NCBI RefSeq assembly: GCF_006345805.1
Contig: NC_043006.1
Span: 83,700,001 to 83,764,000 of the forward strand
From: Octopus sinensis
Taxonomy: Eukaryota
Length of the DNA stretch: 64,000 nt
Reading direction: 5' to 3'
A program made the translations under genes and the position numbers. Of the stretch, positions 51,912 through 64,000 are shown one piece after another (positions within the stretch are counted from its first letter, which is position 1; every line of letters starts with the position of its first letter). The notes under the pieces were generated by a model, which worked only from the letters and a program-made list of their open reading frames with translations, ran no database searches and was not told the origin of the DNA.

Positions 51912-52283
51912 TCTATATATATATAAATCTGAAGTTGTCTGTGTAGGGCAGGTTTAGTAGCCTTCAAGACCCTGCGGTATAAGTTGACCAAAATTGAGAG
52001 TATGATAGAAGAAGGCTTGATCTTCCTTCCGTAGAAGAAAAAATTCAAATTGGACCATGTTAACACCAAAAATTATTTACATTAAAAAGGTGCTTTTTTT
52101 CTATGAAAATCCTATTTTTTACGATTTTTTTACTGCTGTGTCGCCATTTTTCGGTGTATTTCAACCAGAAAAAGGTTCACTTAAAGAGAATAACAAGCTA
52201 CATAATGCAAAATTTTTACTTTTCAAAAATTCCAATTCTAAAGGGTCAAAACAAACCCAAGCAATGCCACGCGATACTGCTAG
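51912..52283 (+). mobile_element. Non-autonomous Helitron-type family (further copies 24737-25123 and 39366-39754, both -)
   Basis: Three ~380-bp copies of high similarity, with 5' TCT(C)TATATATAAA and 3' gcaatgccacgcgatactgCTAG|T. Confidence 0.75.
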
Positions 52284-52446
52284 TTCTTCATTATTTTCAA
52301 AATTAAGTGAAACGAAGGTAGTGCATTTCAACAGAATTATGATAAAGGGTTTTATCTACCCAAATCTATTGACTTAGTTTATTGTAGTAGATTATGCTTT
52401 ATCTGATCCATACATGTCTCTCACAATCAGTTTCTTTATTTTCCAG

Positions 52447-52643
52447 CATTGCTCAATGCTCCCGTATTCAACTGTTCAAGTGCTTCATTGTTTCATTCTG
52501 CTGTTTTGGAACCAACGTAATGGTCATTGGCTTCATTTTTGCATTGTCCATCTACTACGTAGAGCTGAAGCTAGCATTTCCTAATGATCTGAAATATGTT
52601 ACGCTGGCAGTTTTCTTGCCAACAGGAGTATTTGGCTGTGTAG
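52447..52643 (+). CDS. SLC16/MCT-like MFS transporter exon 2 (TM1-TM2)
   Basis: Acceptor tttctttattttccag| and donor GTAG|gtagg. Encodes IAQCSRIQLFKCFIVSFCCFGTNVMVIGFIFALSIYYVELKLAFPNDLKYVTLAVFLPTGVFGCV. 197 nt, phase 2 to phase 1. Resembles MCT TM1/TM2. Confidence 0.85.
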
Positions 52644-52745
52644 GTAGGAACAGAGTATATTTTTTTCCTTTATTTAATATCTATTTGCTTGTCTGTTGTT
52701 TATTTTTTAGCGTAAGCTTGCATTTATCTGCATGTATGCAATATA

Positions 52746-52785
<40 letters not shown>

Positions 52786-52942
52786 CATGCCGGTGGCACG
52801 TAAAAAGCACCCACTACACTCACGGAGGGGTTGGCGTTAGGAAGGGCATCCAGCTGTAGAAACACTACCAGATCAGACTGGAGCCTGGTGCAGCCTCCTG
52901 GCTTCCCGGAAAATGGACGTTAAATGATGATGATGATGCTGA

Positions 52943-52986
<44 letters not shown>

Positions 52987-53387
52987 TCTTTTTTCAGAAT
53001 GAGTTAGAAAAACCAAAGCTGTTAAGATTTTAGAACATTTATAAATAGGTCTTACAGCTTTCCAGGATATTTATTATATCCCTTCAGAGATATAATAAAT
53101 ATCCTAGAAACAGCTATAAGACCTTATATTTATAAATGTTCTAAAATCTTCACAGCCTTGGTTTTTTATCTCATTCTGAAAGAAAATTTCTATATATACA
53201 CCTGTTGGTATATATGACCTACATTGGACTCCTTATTCACATAATCACTGAACCTGGAGCTTACCTGACACCTTTGGGTCTTATTGAAACCATTACCTCT
53301 CATAACCTCTCTCTCTCTCTCACTCTCTCTCTCTCTCTATTATATAAATATTTATATATTTTATATGCATATTACACTATATATATA

Positions 53388-53860
53388 CAGGGTGCATAAA
53401 ATATTTGAGGACAGATTTATGTTTATTAAAAAAAAACCAGATATGTGATAACAGATAACTTTATTTATCAAAAAATGCTCTGAGGATACAAATAAACCTT
53501 TTCTATAACGTTATTCAATAAAGCAACCTTCTGCTTCTATATGAGATTTAAATCATCTACATGCTCAAATCAAGTGGTCCTGGTCCATTTTGGACATTAC
53601 TCTGACTATGGCATCTTCCAAAGAATCTTTGGTGTTATGACCTCTGTCTCAACAACACTCTACATGTAATAGTCCAATGGATTGAGATCTGGAGAATTAG
53701 GAGGTCAAATGTTGGAGGTTGTATGATCATGAAAATTTTCAGCCATCCATTCCTGTGTTACTAGAGCCATGTGCGATAGTACAGAGTTTTACTGAAACAC
53801 ATCTGGCCTTCCATTGCATACACTGTCTATCCAGGGCTTAACAATTATTTCAGTACATAT
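53388..53860 (-). mobile_element. DD37D/Tc1-like remnant (right end)
   Basis: The minus strand encodes PPNSPDLNPLDYY (~53670-53710), and a TA-cagggtg terminus lies at 53386-53394. Confidence 0.65.
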
Positions 53861-53899
53861 ATATATATATCATCGCTCCCATCCCTAACCTTATGTGAG

Positions 53900-53946
53900 A
53901 CACATAGGCTCTAGTTTCTGGGTGATTACCCATCTTCAGCGTGTGT
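53900..53946 (-). ncRNA. Type I hammerhead motif (U16.1C decayed)
   Basis: ACACACG CUGAAGA UGGGU AAUC ACCCA GAAAC UAGA GCC^UAUGUGU. Stem II is a perfect 5 bp. Confidence 0.6.
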
Positions 53947-54264
53947 TAACCAGCCAGAAACTTGAGTCCGTAAGGCGAGGGATGGGAGCAATGACTTCCC
54001 CTCACAAATACTAATCAGACACATAATATGTGTCGTTAGCCAGCTGGAAGAGACGTCTTCCTGGGGCTATAAACGTCAGTAGCATTGTCCCGTATAGGAC
54101 GCCACACGTGGTTGGCAATTATATGTCATGATTCTGTATTGCTACTGTTTGCATCTCACTCAGAGATTTAATATAGCTTATTCCTCCTTTTTCGCGATCA
54201 CCACTGGAAAAAGCATATAGTATTTTGCGAGTAGGGAGAGTTTTCATCAGTAGCTGGTGATTAA

Positions 54265-54309
54265 CACATTCTGAGGATAGTTAACTACCCGGAAACTCAG
54301 ATCCATGTG
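54265..54309 (+). ncRNA. Type I hammerhead motif, paralog of 53900 (decayed)
   Basis: CACAUU CUGAGGA UAGUU AACU ACCCG GAAAC UCAG AUC^CAUGUG. Confidence 0.5.
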
Positions 54310-54508
54310 CATCACGTAAAGCTAGAGATGGGGGCGATGACCTCCCCTTTCAAATACTAATTGGACACAGAATGTGTGTCATTAGCCAGCTGGAAGAGAC
54401 GTCTTCCTGGAGCTATAAATGTTAGTAGCACTGTCCTGTATAGGACACCACACTTGGTTGGCAATTATATATATATAGAGATATTGTTGGAAAATTAGAT
54501 GTAGATAT

Positions 54509-54549
<41 letters not shown>

Positions 54550-54585
54550 AGGGTAATGAAACTAGCCACCTTAATAATGTATATA

Positions 54586-54631
<46 letters not shown>

Positions 54632-54753
54632 TACTGAGAATAGTCACCTTAATTGATATATATATATATAAATATATATTGTTTTATTTTGGCATGGTCT
54701 TTTTTTTTTCCTTGCCAAATAAACACACACACTATATATTCATTCTTCACTAG

Positions 54754-54807
<54 letters not shown>

Positions 54808-55111
54808 GTTCTTATTTCATGTCCATTGTTTGGAAATCTTTTGTCACACATCTGTGACTTCTTCAGTGACCTTTTCCATCCATGTGTATCCTTCTGCTCT
54901 GCTTAATCCATTCTGTCCTATGATGTACAAAATAAATCTTTCTGCTCACAAATGGAGTTTTAGATATTGCTTCATGCCTAGGAGAATCCTGATCAGATAA
55001 GGCATGTGATCAAAGGTTCTCCAGCCTGCCCTGTTCATATACTTACATGCACACACACACACACTCTAATGGTGGATCTAATTAATATTCTATTTTTTTT
55101 TACCTTTGCAG

Positions 55112-55255
55112 GTGTTATATCTGGATATATTGTTGGAAAATTTGGTATTCGATTAGCACTGGTTGCAGGCAGCCTATTACTCAGTTTAGGTATTATTGTA
55201 TGTTGTTTTGTACCCACCGTTCCATATATTCTCGTCTTCTTGGGTTTCGTTTCAG
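55112..55255 (+). CDS. SLC16/MCT-like MFS transporter exon 3 (motif A, TM3-TM4)
   Basis: Acceptor tttttacctttgcag| and donor TCAG|gtaag. 144 nt, phase 1-1. GVISGYIVGKFGIRLALVAG matches MFS motif A (G-x3-D/N-R/K-F-G-x-R). Confidence 0.9.
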
Positions 55256-55506
55256 GTAAGCTAACCTATTTTTGTTGTCCTTCCTGGTTTTCTATTCCTG
55301 TTCACTTGTAGTCACTGTACATCTTGAGAGCCCACCTTGCCCTAACAACTTATCCCCATTATCTCTCTTTTGAGCTCCACCCTCTTTGCTTCTGTCCTTC
55401 CCTTCTATAATGTGAGTATCCTTGCTGATCCCCTACAACAAAAAATCTGTTCTGTTTTCACCTCCCTCTCTACTGCAGACACCTCATTTGAAGCTACCCT
55501 TCAAAT

Positions 55507-55870
55507 GTCTTCTTCTTCTTCTTCTTCTTCTTCTTCTTCTTGTCTTGAGACAGCATTCACCCGGGGTGAGTTGAGCTGGCTTCATTCATCCTCAATCTCT
55601 CACAAACACCAACCAGACCTGGCGATTTGAGGCTAATGACCACGTGATCTCCAACCACTCCTTATTCCACCGGCGAATGCCGTAGATATGGGGGCCTAGA
55701 TTGGGTTCCAAATCAGCCTTGACTGTCATCAGCCAGGTTTTTCGTTGTCCACCACATCGCTTTTGCCAACCCTGGAGGGGAGCTTGGGCAATTGTCTCAT
55801 AGATGAATTCTCCTGGTGGACGACGGAGGGCATGATCCAGCCAACAACTGGATCACCACAAATGCATTAA
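55507..55870 (-). mobile_element. RTE-clade LINE 3' remnant (second family)
   Basis: The minus strand reads GWQKRCGGQRKTWLMTVKADLE...IRRWNKEW...ASNRQVWLVFVRD* followed by an (AAG)n tail (tct repeats at 55507-55541). Confidence 0.65.
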
Positions 55871-56172
55871 GGGAGTTCCCCAGTGTCACTTTTGGTCACA
55901 ACCCTTCAAATGAAGCATCTATAATGCATGGCAACCTAACTAGTACTGATGCCTAAAATGAAAAGGAACCTGGTACTCACAATAAAGTGGTTGACATTAT
56001 GAAGGGCATTCAGCCATAGAAACCATGTCAAAAACAAGACATTGAAGCATAACACAGTCCTCCAACTCACTGTATCCTTTTCAAATTGTCCAACCCATGC
56101 TAGCATGGAAAACATGCATAAAATGATGGTGGTGTTGTGGTGATGACAGTGGGGTGATATTGGTGATAGGTA

Positions 56173-56209
<37 letters not shown>

Positions 56210-56662
56210 GACGGCAAGTTAGCTGAATTGTTAGCACACCAGGCTAAATGCTCAGCAGCATTTCATCTGTCTTTATGTTCTGAGTTCAAATTCCACCAAG
56301 GTCGACTATGCTTTTCATCCTTTCAGGGGCGATGAAGTAAGTACCAGTTATGTACAGGGGCTGATATAATGGACTTACCCCCTTCCCTCAAATTCCAGGC
56401 CTTGTGCCTATAGAAGAAAATATTATTATTGAAAGTGGTGAGCTGGCAAAATTGTTTGCATGCCAGACAAAATGATTAGTAGCATTTTTGTCTCTCTTTT
56501 TGTTATGGGTTCAAATTCCATTGAAGTCAGCTTTACCTTTCATCCTTTCAGGGTCAATAAAATGTTTACTAGTTTAGCTCAGGGGTTGATGTAATCAGCT
56601 TGCCCTGCCCTCGAAATTTCAGGCTTTGTGCCGACATTTCAAACTGTTATTATTATTTAGTT

Positions 56663-57112
56663 CAAACGTAAAATCTGTGCTTTTTTATGGCTCTGAGACA
56701 TGGAGAGCCACCTGCAGCAACTACAAGAAGATCCAGACCTTCATCAACAAATGTCTCTGGCAGACCCTCCATCTGAAGTGGTTCGACAGTGTGCCAAACA
56801 CCGACCTGTGGGAAAGGGCCAACCAGGAACCTATACATGTTCAGATTAGATGAAGGAAATGGAGATGGATCGGACACACACTGCAGAAAGAACCCTCAAA
56901 TGTGACACGACAAGCACTTGACTGGAACCCACAGGGGAAAAGGAAGCGAGGACGCCTGAAGCAGACATGGAAGCAGAGCATTTTGGACAAGCTCAGGACC
57001 ACCGGCCTGACATGGGAAGCAGCCAAGAAACACGCCAATGATCGCAAAAAGTGGAAAACAACTGTTGAGGCCCTATGCTCCACAAGGAGCAAGAAGGATT
57101 AAGAAGAGAAGA
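56663..57112 (+). mobile_element. RTE-clade LINE 3' fragment
   Basis: VKSVLFYGSETW...QIR*RKWRWIGHTLQK...RQALDWNPQGKRKRGRLKQTW...WKTTVEALCSTRSKKD* followed by a (GAA)n tail. A possible ttattattat TSD flanks it. Confidence 0.88.
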
Positions 57113-58564
57113 AGAATTATTATTATATAAAAAAAAAGGGCCGTCCAATGGTCAAGTTTGACCATGTTCCTATATTTGTATGCATGGCCATTTGGGCTAA
57201 CAATTGCCTTTACCTTCAAGTCTTCCCTCTCCATGCCACCAATGTTATCGAAGACAAAAGCTGCCACCTTAGGGGCTAATGCAGTTTGACAGCAGTACTT
57301 CAGCTGGATTTTCCAAAGCTCCTTAGAACTTCCACATTGACAAGAGGACCCCCTTCTGCTAACCATGGATTACTATTCTAGGTGGGTAGGAGTCCTCCAT
57401 ACAGATTATGTCGTTGGTTCAATCGAGGATGTTTTTCACAATCATTAATTTCACATTGATAGTTGGTAAATTTTTGAGAATTTCTGTCTGAGAGATTTTA
57501 TCCTTCTTGGGTGCTTCTAAGGATGTACTGCTGACAGTAAATGTGGAAGGTTTACAATGACATTTGGCTTTCATCTCTTTTTCACAAGGCCCAGTCCTTG
57601 TTGTGATGTGGTGGCTTGCTTCATTGACTCTTAGAGCTGTGTTGGCAGGGCACAAGCTTCTGATAAGGCTTCTCAAAGTTTGGCCTCTGTCCTTTGATAG
57701 AGGCCAGACCAATATGGACCATCTCTTCCCAGAGGTAAAAATGGGTTTGTGTAGAGCCAACACCCCTACCTATAAAAAAATCAAAGTTACAGAAGCACTG
57801 GTGACAATTCAAAACCAACAAGGGCTGGGAGAAGACCTTTCCTTAGAGAAGACACCCAAGAGTCAAGAAGAGTAGAGAAAAGTCCTTGATAGCCTATGCT
57901 CCATAGGGAGCAAAGGACTTAAAAAGAAGAATCGACATCTTTTACTGATAAATTTTCTGTTAATGCTGCTGTTTCACCATTATTGTGATGACCTCTACCA
58001 CAGCTTGAAACATCATAATCCTAACGCACACACACATATGTGATTGTTATGATTGTAACTCCCACACTGAGAATCATCATAATTGCTATGATTTATGATC
58101 ATAAACATCACCTACTCAGCAGTCACTGTTGTTTCTGTATTACCAACCATGACCACCACATCAACCAAACCCATTCCCTTCATTCAAATTCTCTTTATAA
58201 CATTGCTCCCCTTTGTATATTTTATTTATTTTCTGTAATATTTTTTAAAATTTTGTTTATACCTTGTGTCATTTTTTATTTTGCTTTTTTTATTTTTCTT
58301 CTTGAACAGGTAGGTGTTTTGTATTATTTTTCTTTATACATAGTGTGTGTGTGTGTGTGTGTATGTGAGAGAGAGAGAGAAAGAGTTTCTGTGCTCTGTC
58401 TGTGTGTGCGTGTGTGTTATTTTGAAGCTGAACTTTCTCAAATTACAATTAATTAGTTTCAGCTTCAAAATAGAAACAATGCACTCTTTTTTGGTATTGA
58501 GTACTTCTTTTTTTGTCTCATTTCCAAACAAACATTTACCTTACCTAATTTCTATATATTTCAG

Positions 58565-59713
58565 GCACTGGCTGTTCCTTAATATACATTTCCACAAACA
58601 CAGCTTTGGCATATCACTTTCCAAACACTGGCCGAATTCTAATTTCCCTCATAACCCTTGGTGAAAGTTTTGGATTAATCATCTTCCCTTCATTTGTATC
58701 ATATTTGATAGACATCTACTCTTGGCAAGGAAGTTTTCTTGTTCTTGGTGGGACTGTCCTTAATTGTCTTCCTTTGGGTTTAATATTTTCCACAAAGACA
58801 GAATATTTTAAAAGCCGAAAACAGTCAAATAAAGAATCAAGCAAAAATGACATCAACAAAAAGAAACTTACCTCCAGAGAAAGCAGCCAAACTACAATGT
58901 TGGCAACTAGTGACAGCAATTGTAGCTGTGTGCTAGAAAGTTCAGGAACGTGTAAAGAAGACAACTGCATACAAACAGAAGACACTCATGATCTGACTAT
59001 TGAAGGAAAGGAATTATTATTATGTGAGACAAAAGAAAAAGTCTATTCCACTATCGAAATAAATGGCAAAAACTATCCAGAAGAGATAATTAAGATTTCA
59101 GACATTGAGAAAACACCGCCACTTTACAAACAGAATGGTAACTTGAGTTCTCAAAATTCTATTAGCAATTATTCAATCAAAAGTAACACTTCAAAAATAT
59201 CAAATTCTCAAACTGACATTTCAAAAATGCCAAAGCAAAATATTGTGAAAAAACTTCAGTTTCTTTTATCAAACAAGAATTATGTTCTGTTTCTGTGTAC
59301 TTTGTTTATAGCTTTTGGCAATTTGGCCACTGTAGTGACTATATTACCAGACTACTGCTATTCAATAGGGCTATCTGTAAAACAAGCAGCATGGATTTTC
59401 TCAATAGGTGCTATTGGTGATATCATCTCCCGTGTTTTGGGATCTCTCTTTCTTTATCTGAAGATGCCAAGTTTGGTGATTTTCTCATTTGCAATCATCA
59501 GCTGTAGCCTCGTTAGTCTCATTTATCCATTTATAACTTCTATTACCGCCATAACGATTGTAACATTCATATTTATATTGACGTCTGGGATATCATTTTC
59601 GGTTTATACAATCGTCGTTTTGGACTTCTTCAACTTCGAACTCTATTCCTTATCTACAGGATTGTCAGAGACAGTTTCAGGAATAGGGATTATTCTAAGT
59701 GGATTTTCTATTG
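58565..59713 (+). CDS. SLC16/MCT-like MFS transporter exon 4 (TM4-TM10/11 with long central loop); gene continues beyond window
   Basis: Acceptor tatattttcag| and donor ATTG|gtaagt. 1149 nt, phase 1-1. Contains MCT-typical YSWQGSFLVLGGTVLNCLPLG, a hydrophilic central loop, and TM8 GAIGDIISRV (D-x3-R pair). Confidence 0.92.
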
Positions 59714-62700
59714 GTAAGTAATTCCAGCAATTCTGTTGCTATTTTTCGGAAAAATTCTCTTATCTTTTCCCTACCATATTTGTGTTAATAGATATATGTA
59801 AAAATATATTTTATATATATGTGTATGCATATATGTATATGTATATTGAGTTACATTGATAGAGAGATATAGAGAGATGTGTAAGTGTATATGATATATG
59901 CATACAAGTGTAACTGTATATGATATATGCATGCATGTGTATGTATATATGAGATATGCATGCATGCATACATTGATGCATACATATACATACATTCTTG
60001 TTGCACCTTTCTACTTTAATAGTACATTTCTTGGCCTCATGTATAAACCACATCCCTGATTTTTGTTATTGATGTTATATAGACAAAAATGGTGTGTGTG
60101 TGTATTATATGCATGTGTGTGTTTGTGTATGTATGTATATATATATATATATATTTGTTTGTTGTTTTTTTTCAACTTTGTACATCTACACCTCTTTTTC
60201 CATGCAGATCATAAACCCCTTATTAGTTCTTTTCATTATTCTATCTATTTCATTTCCATGTAAACATAGTTTAAACACAGTATTGTATTCCTCGCTGTTG
60301 TCTCAAAACAAACTTAAGTTCCTTCACACGCATTTACTATTCGTCACCTATTCATTTATTCAAGTTTGTCACAACGTCACTTATTTCTCTAATTTTGTCA
60401 CAGATTGGCTGACCAAAAATTCTAAGATTTTTCAATTCTATTTCACTGTTATCAGCATTTGCTGTTTCATTAAATTATTTTACCCAAAATCCCAAAAAAA
60501 TATTTTTCTCCTTCGTGTTCTATCCTTGACCAACTAACTCTGGCCCCCTCACTCTCTGTCTCTCTCTCTGTTTTAATAACCATTTGTTTCACAACATTTC
60601 CCCCTACTACATTTTAATAACTCCGCCAAAAGAATACAAATCCAGAAGTTGCTCTTGTCTAATTTTGCTACTTCGCGGTACCCCCGTCATCTGTACCGGA
60701 AATCGCTCCTCTGTCATCCTTGCAGTTTCTTCTTTTACTTGTTTCAGTCATTTGTTTGCAGCCATGCTGGGGCACCACCTTGAAGGGTGTTAGTCGAACA
60801 AATCAACCCCAGGGCTTATTTGTTTTTAAGCTTATTCTATCAGTCTTTATGGCCAAACTGCTAAGTTACATGAACATTATTTTCACCAACAACAGTTGTC
60901 AAGCAGTGGTGAGGGACAAACACTGACATAAAGACAAACACACACACACACACAATGAGCTTCTTTCAGTTTCCATGTACCAAATCCACTCACAAGGCTT
61001 TGGTCAGCCCAAGGGTATAGCAGAAGTCACTTAGTGCCCATGGTACCATACAGTGGGACTGAACCCAGAACCATGTTATTGAGAAGCAAGCTTCTTACTA
61101 CACAGCCGCACATGTGTGTGTGTGTGTACAACTACTGTAGTAAAAGTTCCACATAGATTATCATTATCTGGTCAGCCTTCAGTATAGTCGTTGGTCAGCC
61201 ATTTTACTTTGCAGTGTTAGTAGTTGTGATGTAAAGTGCCTATGTAGTGGAAAATTAAGATAAATAAAAGTGTGAGTATTTAGTTGCTATGTATGTTTCA
61301 CCAGTACTGTTATTTGGATGTTTCTGGTGCATTGGATCATCAGGAGAACACTTTATTGAACTTTGTTACAGAGATCTAATACATTGTCTTAGAGAGATGA
61401 CATTGATAAGTATTGAGAGAAGGAAGTAAAGAGAGAGCAAGTGGGGGAGAGAAAAAAGGGAAGAGGGAAAATACTGAGCAACATAGTAGTAAACAGGATA
61501 AAAAGTAAAGGTGTATCAGTAAATAAATAAAATACAAGTAAATAAATAAATGAATAAACATGTGTACCTCATTCGTTGCCAGAGCAAGCTGGCCTCTGTG
61601 CCGATGGCACGTAAAAAACACCACTCAAACGTAATCATTACCTGCGACGCCTTACTGGCACTTGTGCTGGTAAAAAAAACATTTGAGCGAGGTTGTTGCC
61701 AGTGCCGCTGGACTGGCTCCTGTGCAGGTGGCACATAAAAAGCACCATTTGAGCATGACCATTGCCAGTACCGCCTGGCTGGCACATAAAAGCACCCACT
61801 ACACTCTCGGAGTGGTTGGCGTTAGGAAGGGCATCCAGCTGTAGAAACTCTGCCAGATCAGATTGGCGTCTGGTACAGCCATCTGGACCGCCAGCCCTCA
61901 GTTAAATCGTCCAACCCATGCTAGCATGGAAAGTGGACGTTAAACAGTGATGGTCATGATCATCATCATCATTTAACCAAATAAAATGAAAACCAATGGG
62001 AAAATAATTGAAAAATAATGAGTGTGTGTGTGTATATATATATACTACATATATACACATTGTGTGTATGTGTAGTACTTAAATACAGACAAGGTTTTAA
62101 ACTGGCTGCAATGCCAAGGGGAGACTATTACTTATGATTACAACAACTGGCCCCTCTCTACTAATTCAAATTTTATAGGAACATCAAATCTGAATAACTA
62201 GATGTGAGGGGGCACCAGCTGTTACAATCATATATATTCATATACTCACATATGTGTGTCATCATAATCATTTAACATCTGTTTTCCATGCTGGTGTGGG
62301 TTCAATGGTTTGACAGGAGCTGGTAAGCTAGCCAGCTGCACCAGACTTGAATTGTCTGTTTTAGCATGCTTTTTATGGCTTGATGCCCTTCCTAATGCCA
62401 ACCACTTTAGAGTGCAATAGGTGCATTTTACATGACACTGGCACATGTGCCTTCTATGTGACACTGGCAAAGGTGCTTTTTACATGACACCAACAAAGGT
62501 GCTTTTTACATGGCACCAGCATCAGAAGGGTTGCCAAGTAACTTGCAAGACAAGGACCTTTTAGGTAAGAGAGGTGTGGGAATGATTGTGTGGTAAAAAG
62601 TTTGTTTCCATCTTGGTTCAAGTGAAGTGGTTGGCGTTAGGAAGGGCATCCAGCTGTAGAAACTCTGCTAGATCAGATTGGAGCCTGGTGCAGCCATCTG

Positions 62701-62929
62701 GTTTGCCAGTCCTCAGTTAAATCGTCCAACCCATGGCTACTCACATCTCGTAGAGGAAGGGGAGGAAAAGAGAACATGAGCAGTAGGAGCTGCAAGAGAT
62801 AGACAATGACAATGAGGTATCTAGATGGCCCCACAAGGCACAAGGTGAATTGAGGAATTAGTTTGCAAGATTGTATGGGAAGGGGATTGAAGGGCTGTGT
62901 GTGTGGGTGTGTGTATATATATATATATA

Positions 62930-63455
62930 TATCAGAATCGAAATCGATCAATGGAAATTACAGATGTGTTACCAGTGCCGGTGGCATGTCGAAACTCTAC
63001 TTGTGAAGACCCATTGAGGCAAGTGAGGATCAGAATCGAAATCGATCAATGGAAATTGCAGATGTGTTACCAGTGCCGGTGGCATGTAAGAGAACCTTCT
63101 ATTTCGCGATCGTTGCCAGCACCGCCCCGACTGGCCTCGTGCCGATGGCACGTAAAAAGCACCATCCGTTCGTGTCCATTGCCAGCCTCGCCTGGCCCTC
63201 ATGCCGGTGGCACATAAAAAGCACCATCCGTTCGTGGCCGTTTGCCAGCTCTGTCTGGCACCTGTGCGGATGGCACGTAAAAAGCACCCACTACACTCAC
63301 GGAGTGGTTGGCGTTAGGAAGGGCATCCAGCCGTAGAAACACTGCCAGATTTGACTGGGCCTGATAAAGCCTTCTGGCTTCACAGACCCCAGTAGAACCG
63401 TCCAACCCATGCTAGCATGAAAAACGGACGCTAAACAATGATGATGATGATGATG
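62930..63455 (+). mobile_element. (ATG/ATC)n-tailed SINE-like family with internal tandem subrepeats, representative of >=11 copies
   Basis: Shared 3' module gtggttggcgttaggaagggcatccagctgtagaaac...ccaacccatgctagcatggaaaacggacgttaaacgatgatgatg. Copies lie near 13675(-), 33370, 33860(-), 37255(-), 40975, 41490(-), 49290, 52785, 61570 and 62265(-). Confidence 0.75.
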
Positions 63456-63606
63456 GGGCTATGTGGTAAGTCGCTTGCTTGCCAACCACATGGTTCCTGG
63501 TTCAGTCACACTGCATGGCAGCTTGGGCAAGTATCTTCTGCTATAGCCTCAGACTGGCCAAAGCCTTGTGAGTGGATTTGATAGATGGAAACTGAAAGAA
63601 GCCCGT

Positions 63607-63658
<52 letters not shown>

Positions 63659-63861
63659 CGTATATGTTTGTGTGTCTGTTTGTCCCCCACCATTGCTTGA
63701 CAACTGATGTTGGTGTGTTTACGCCCCCGTAACTTAGCAGTTCCACAAAAGAAACTGATAGAACAAGTACTAGGCTTACAAAGAATAAGTGCTGAGGTCG
63801 ATTTCTTTCACTAAAGGCAGTGCTCCAGCATGACTGCAATCAAATGACAAACAGATAAAAG

Positions 63862-63913
<52 letters not shown>

Positions 63914-64000
63914 ATATGTACGTGCAGAAGCTACAAGGACAGCATCATTACAAGTCAAGGTTGCCTGAATATGGTCACTCAACCAACTAGATATGCCAGT

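Noticed and set aside
52394-52446. In-frame ATG (MLYLIHTC...) as MCT start
   Set aside because: It lies within a strong polypyrimidine/acceptor region, and a phase-compatible upstream exon exists at 30642-30973. Not formally excluded.
60206-60360. Candidate next MCT exon after tttccatgcag
   Set aside because: The sequence is a repeat also present at 9500-9610, and it does not encode TM11-12-like residues in the required phase.
63090-63300. Regularly spaced repeats resembling a CRISPR array
   Set aside because: Eukaryotic context, 'spacers' that are mutually homologous, no cas genes, and location inside an interspersed SINE-like family.

Overview
AT-rich, microsatellite- and transposon-dense eukaryotic genomic DNA. 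The SINE families and simple-repeat load resemble a coleoid cephalopod, probably Octopus (inference from recall, not a database hit). One host gene is supported: a + strand SLC16/monocarboxylate-transporter-like MFS gene with coding exons 30642-30973 (probable), 52447-52643, 55112-55255 and 58565-59713. All junctions are GT-AG and phase-compatible, and the last exon(s) lie beyond the window. The rest is mobile DNA: a degenerate pogo transposon (19841-24513) holding a young 5'-truncated CR1 LINE and a SINE, internally deleted mariners, DD37D remnants, Kolobok and piggyBac MITEs, Helitron-type elements, RTE and R4/Dong LINE fragments, a Penelope GIY-YIG fragment and several SINE families. Main discovery: at least 10 hammerhead-ribozyme (HHR) motifs or half-motifs sit in short repeats that encode no protein. 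They include a class of type I HHRs with a structured ~45-48 nt insertion in loop II (best at 46954-47042 on the - strand), minimal type I HHRs, a tandem/inverted retrozyme-like repeat (53873-54470), and several fold-back palindromes built from two outward-facing HHR 3' halves. Together they suggest a cephalopod Penelope/retrozyme-like self-cleaving RNA system. All pairings were read by eye, and catalytic activity is untested.
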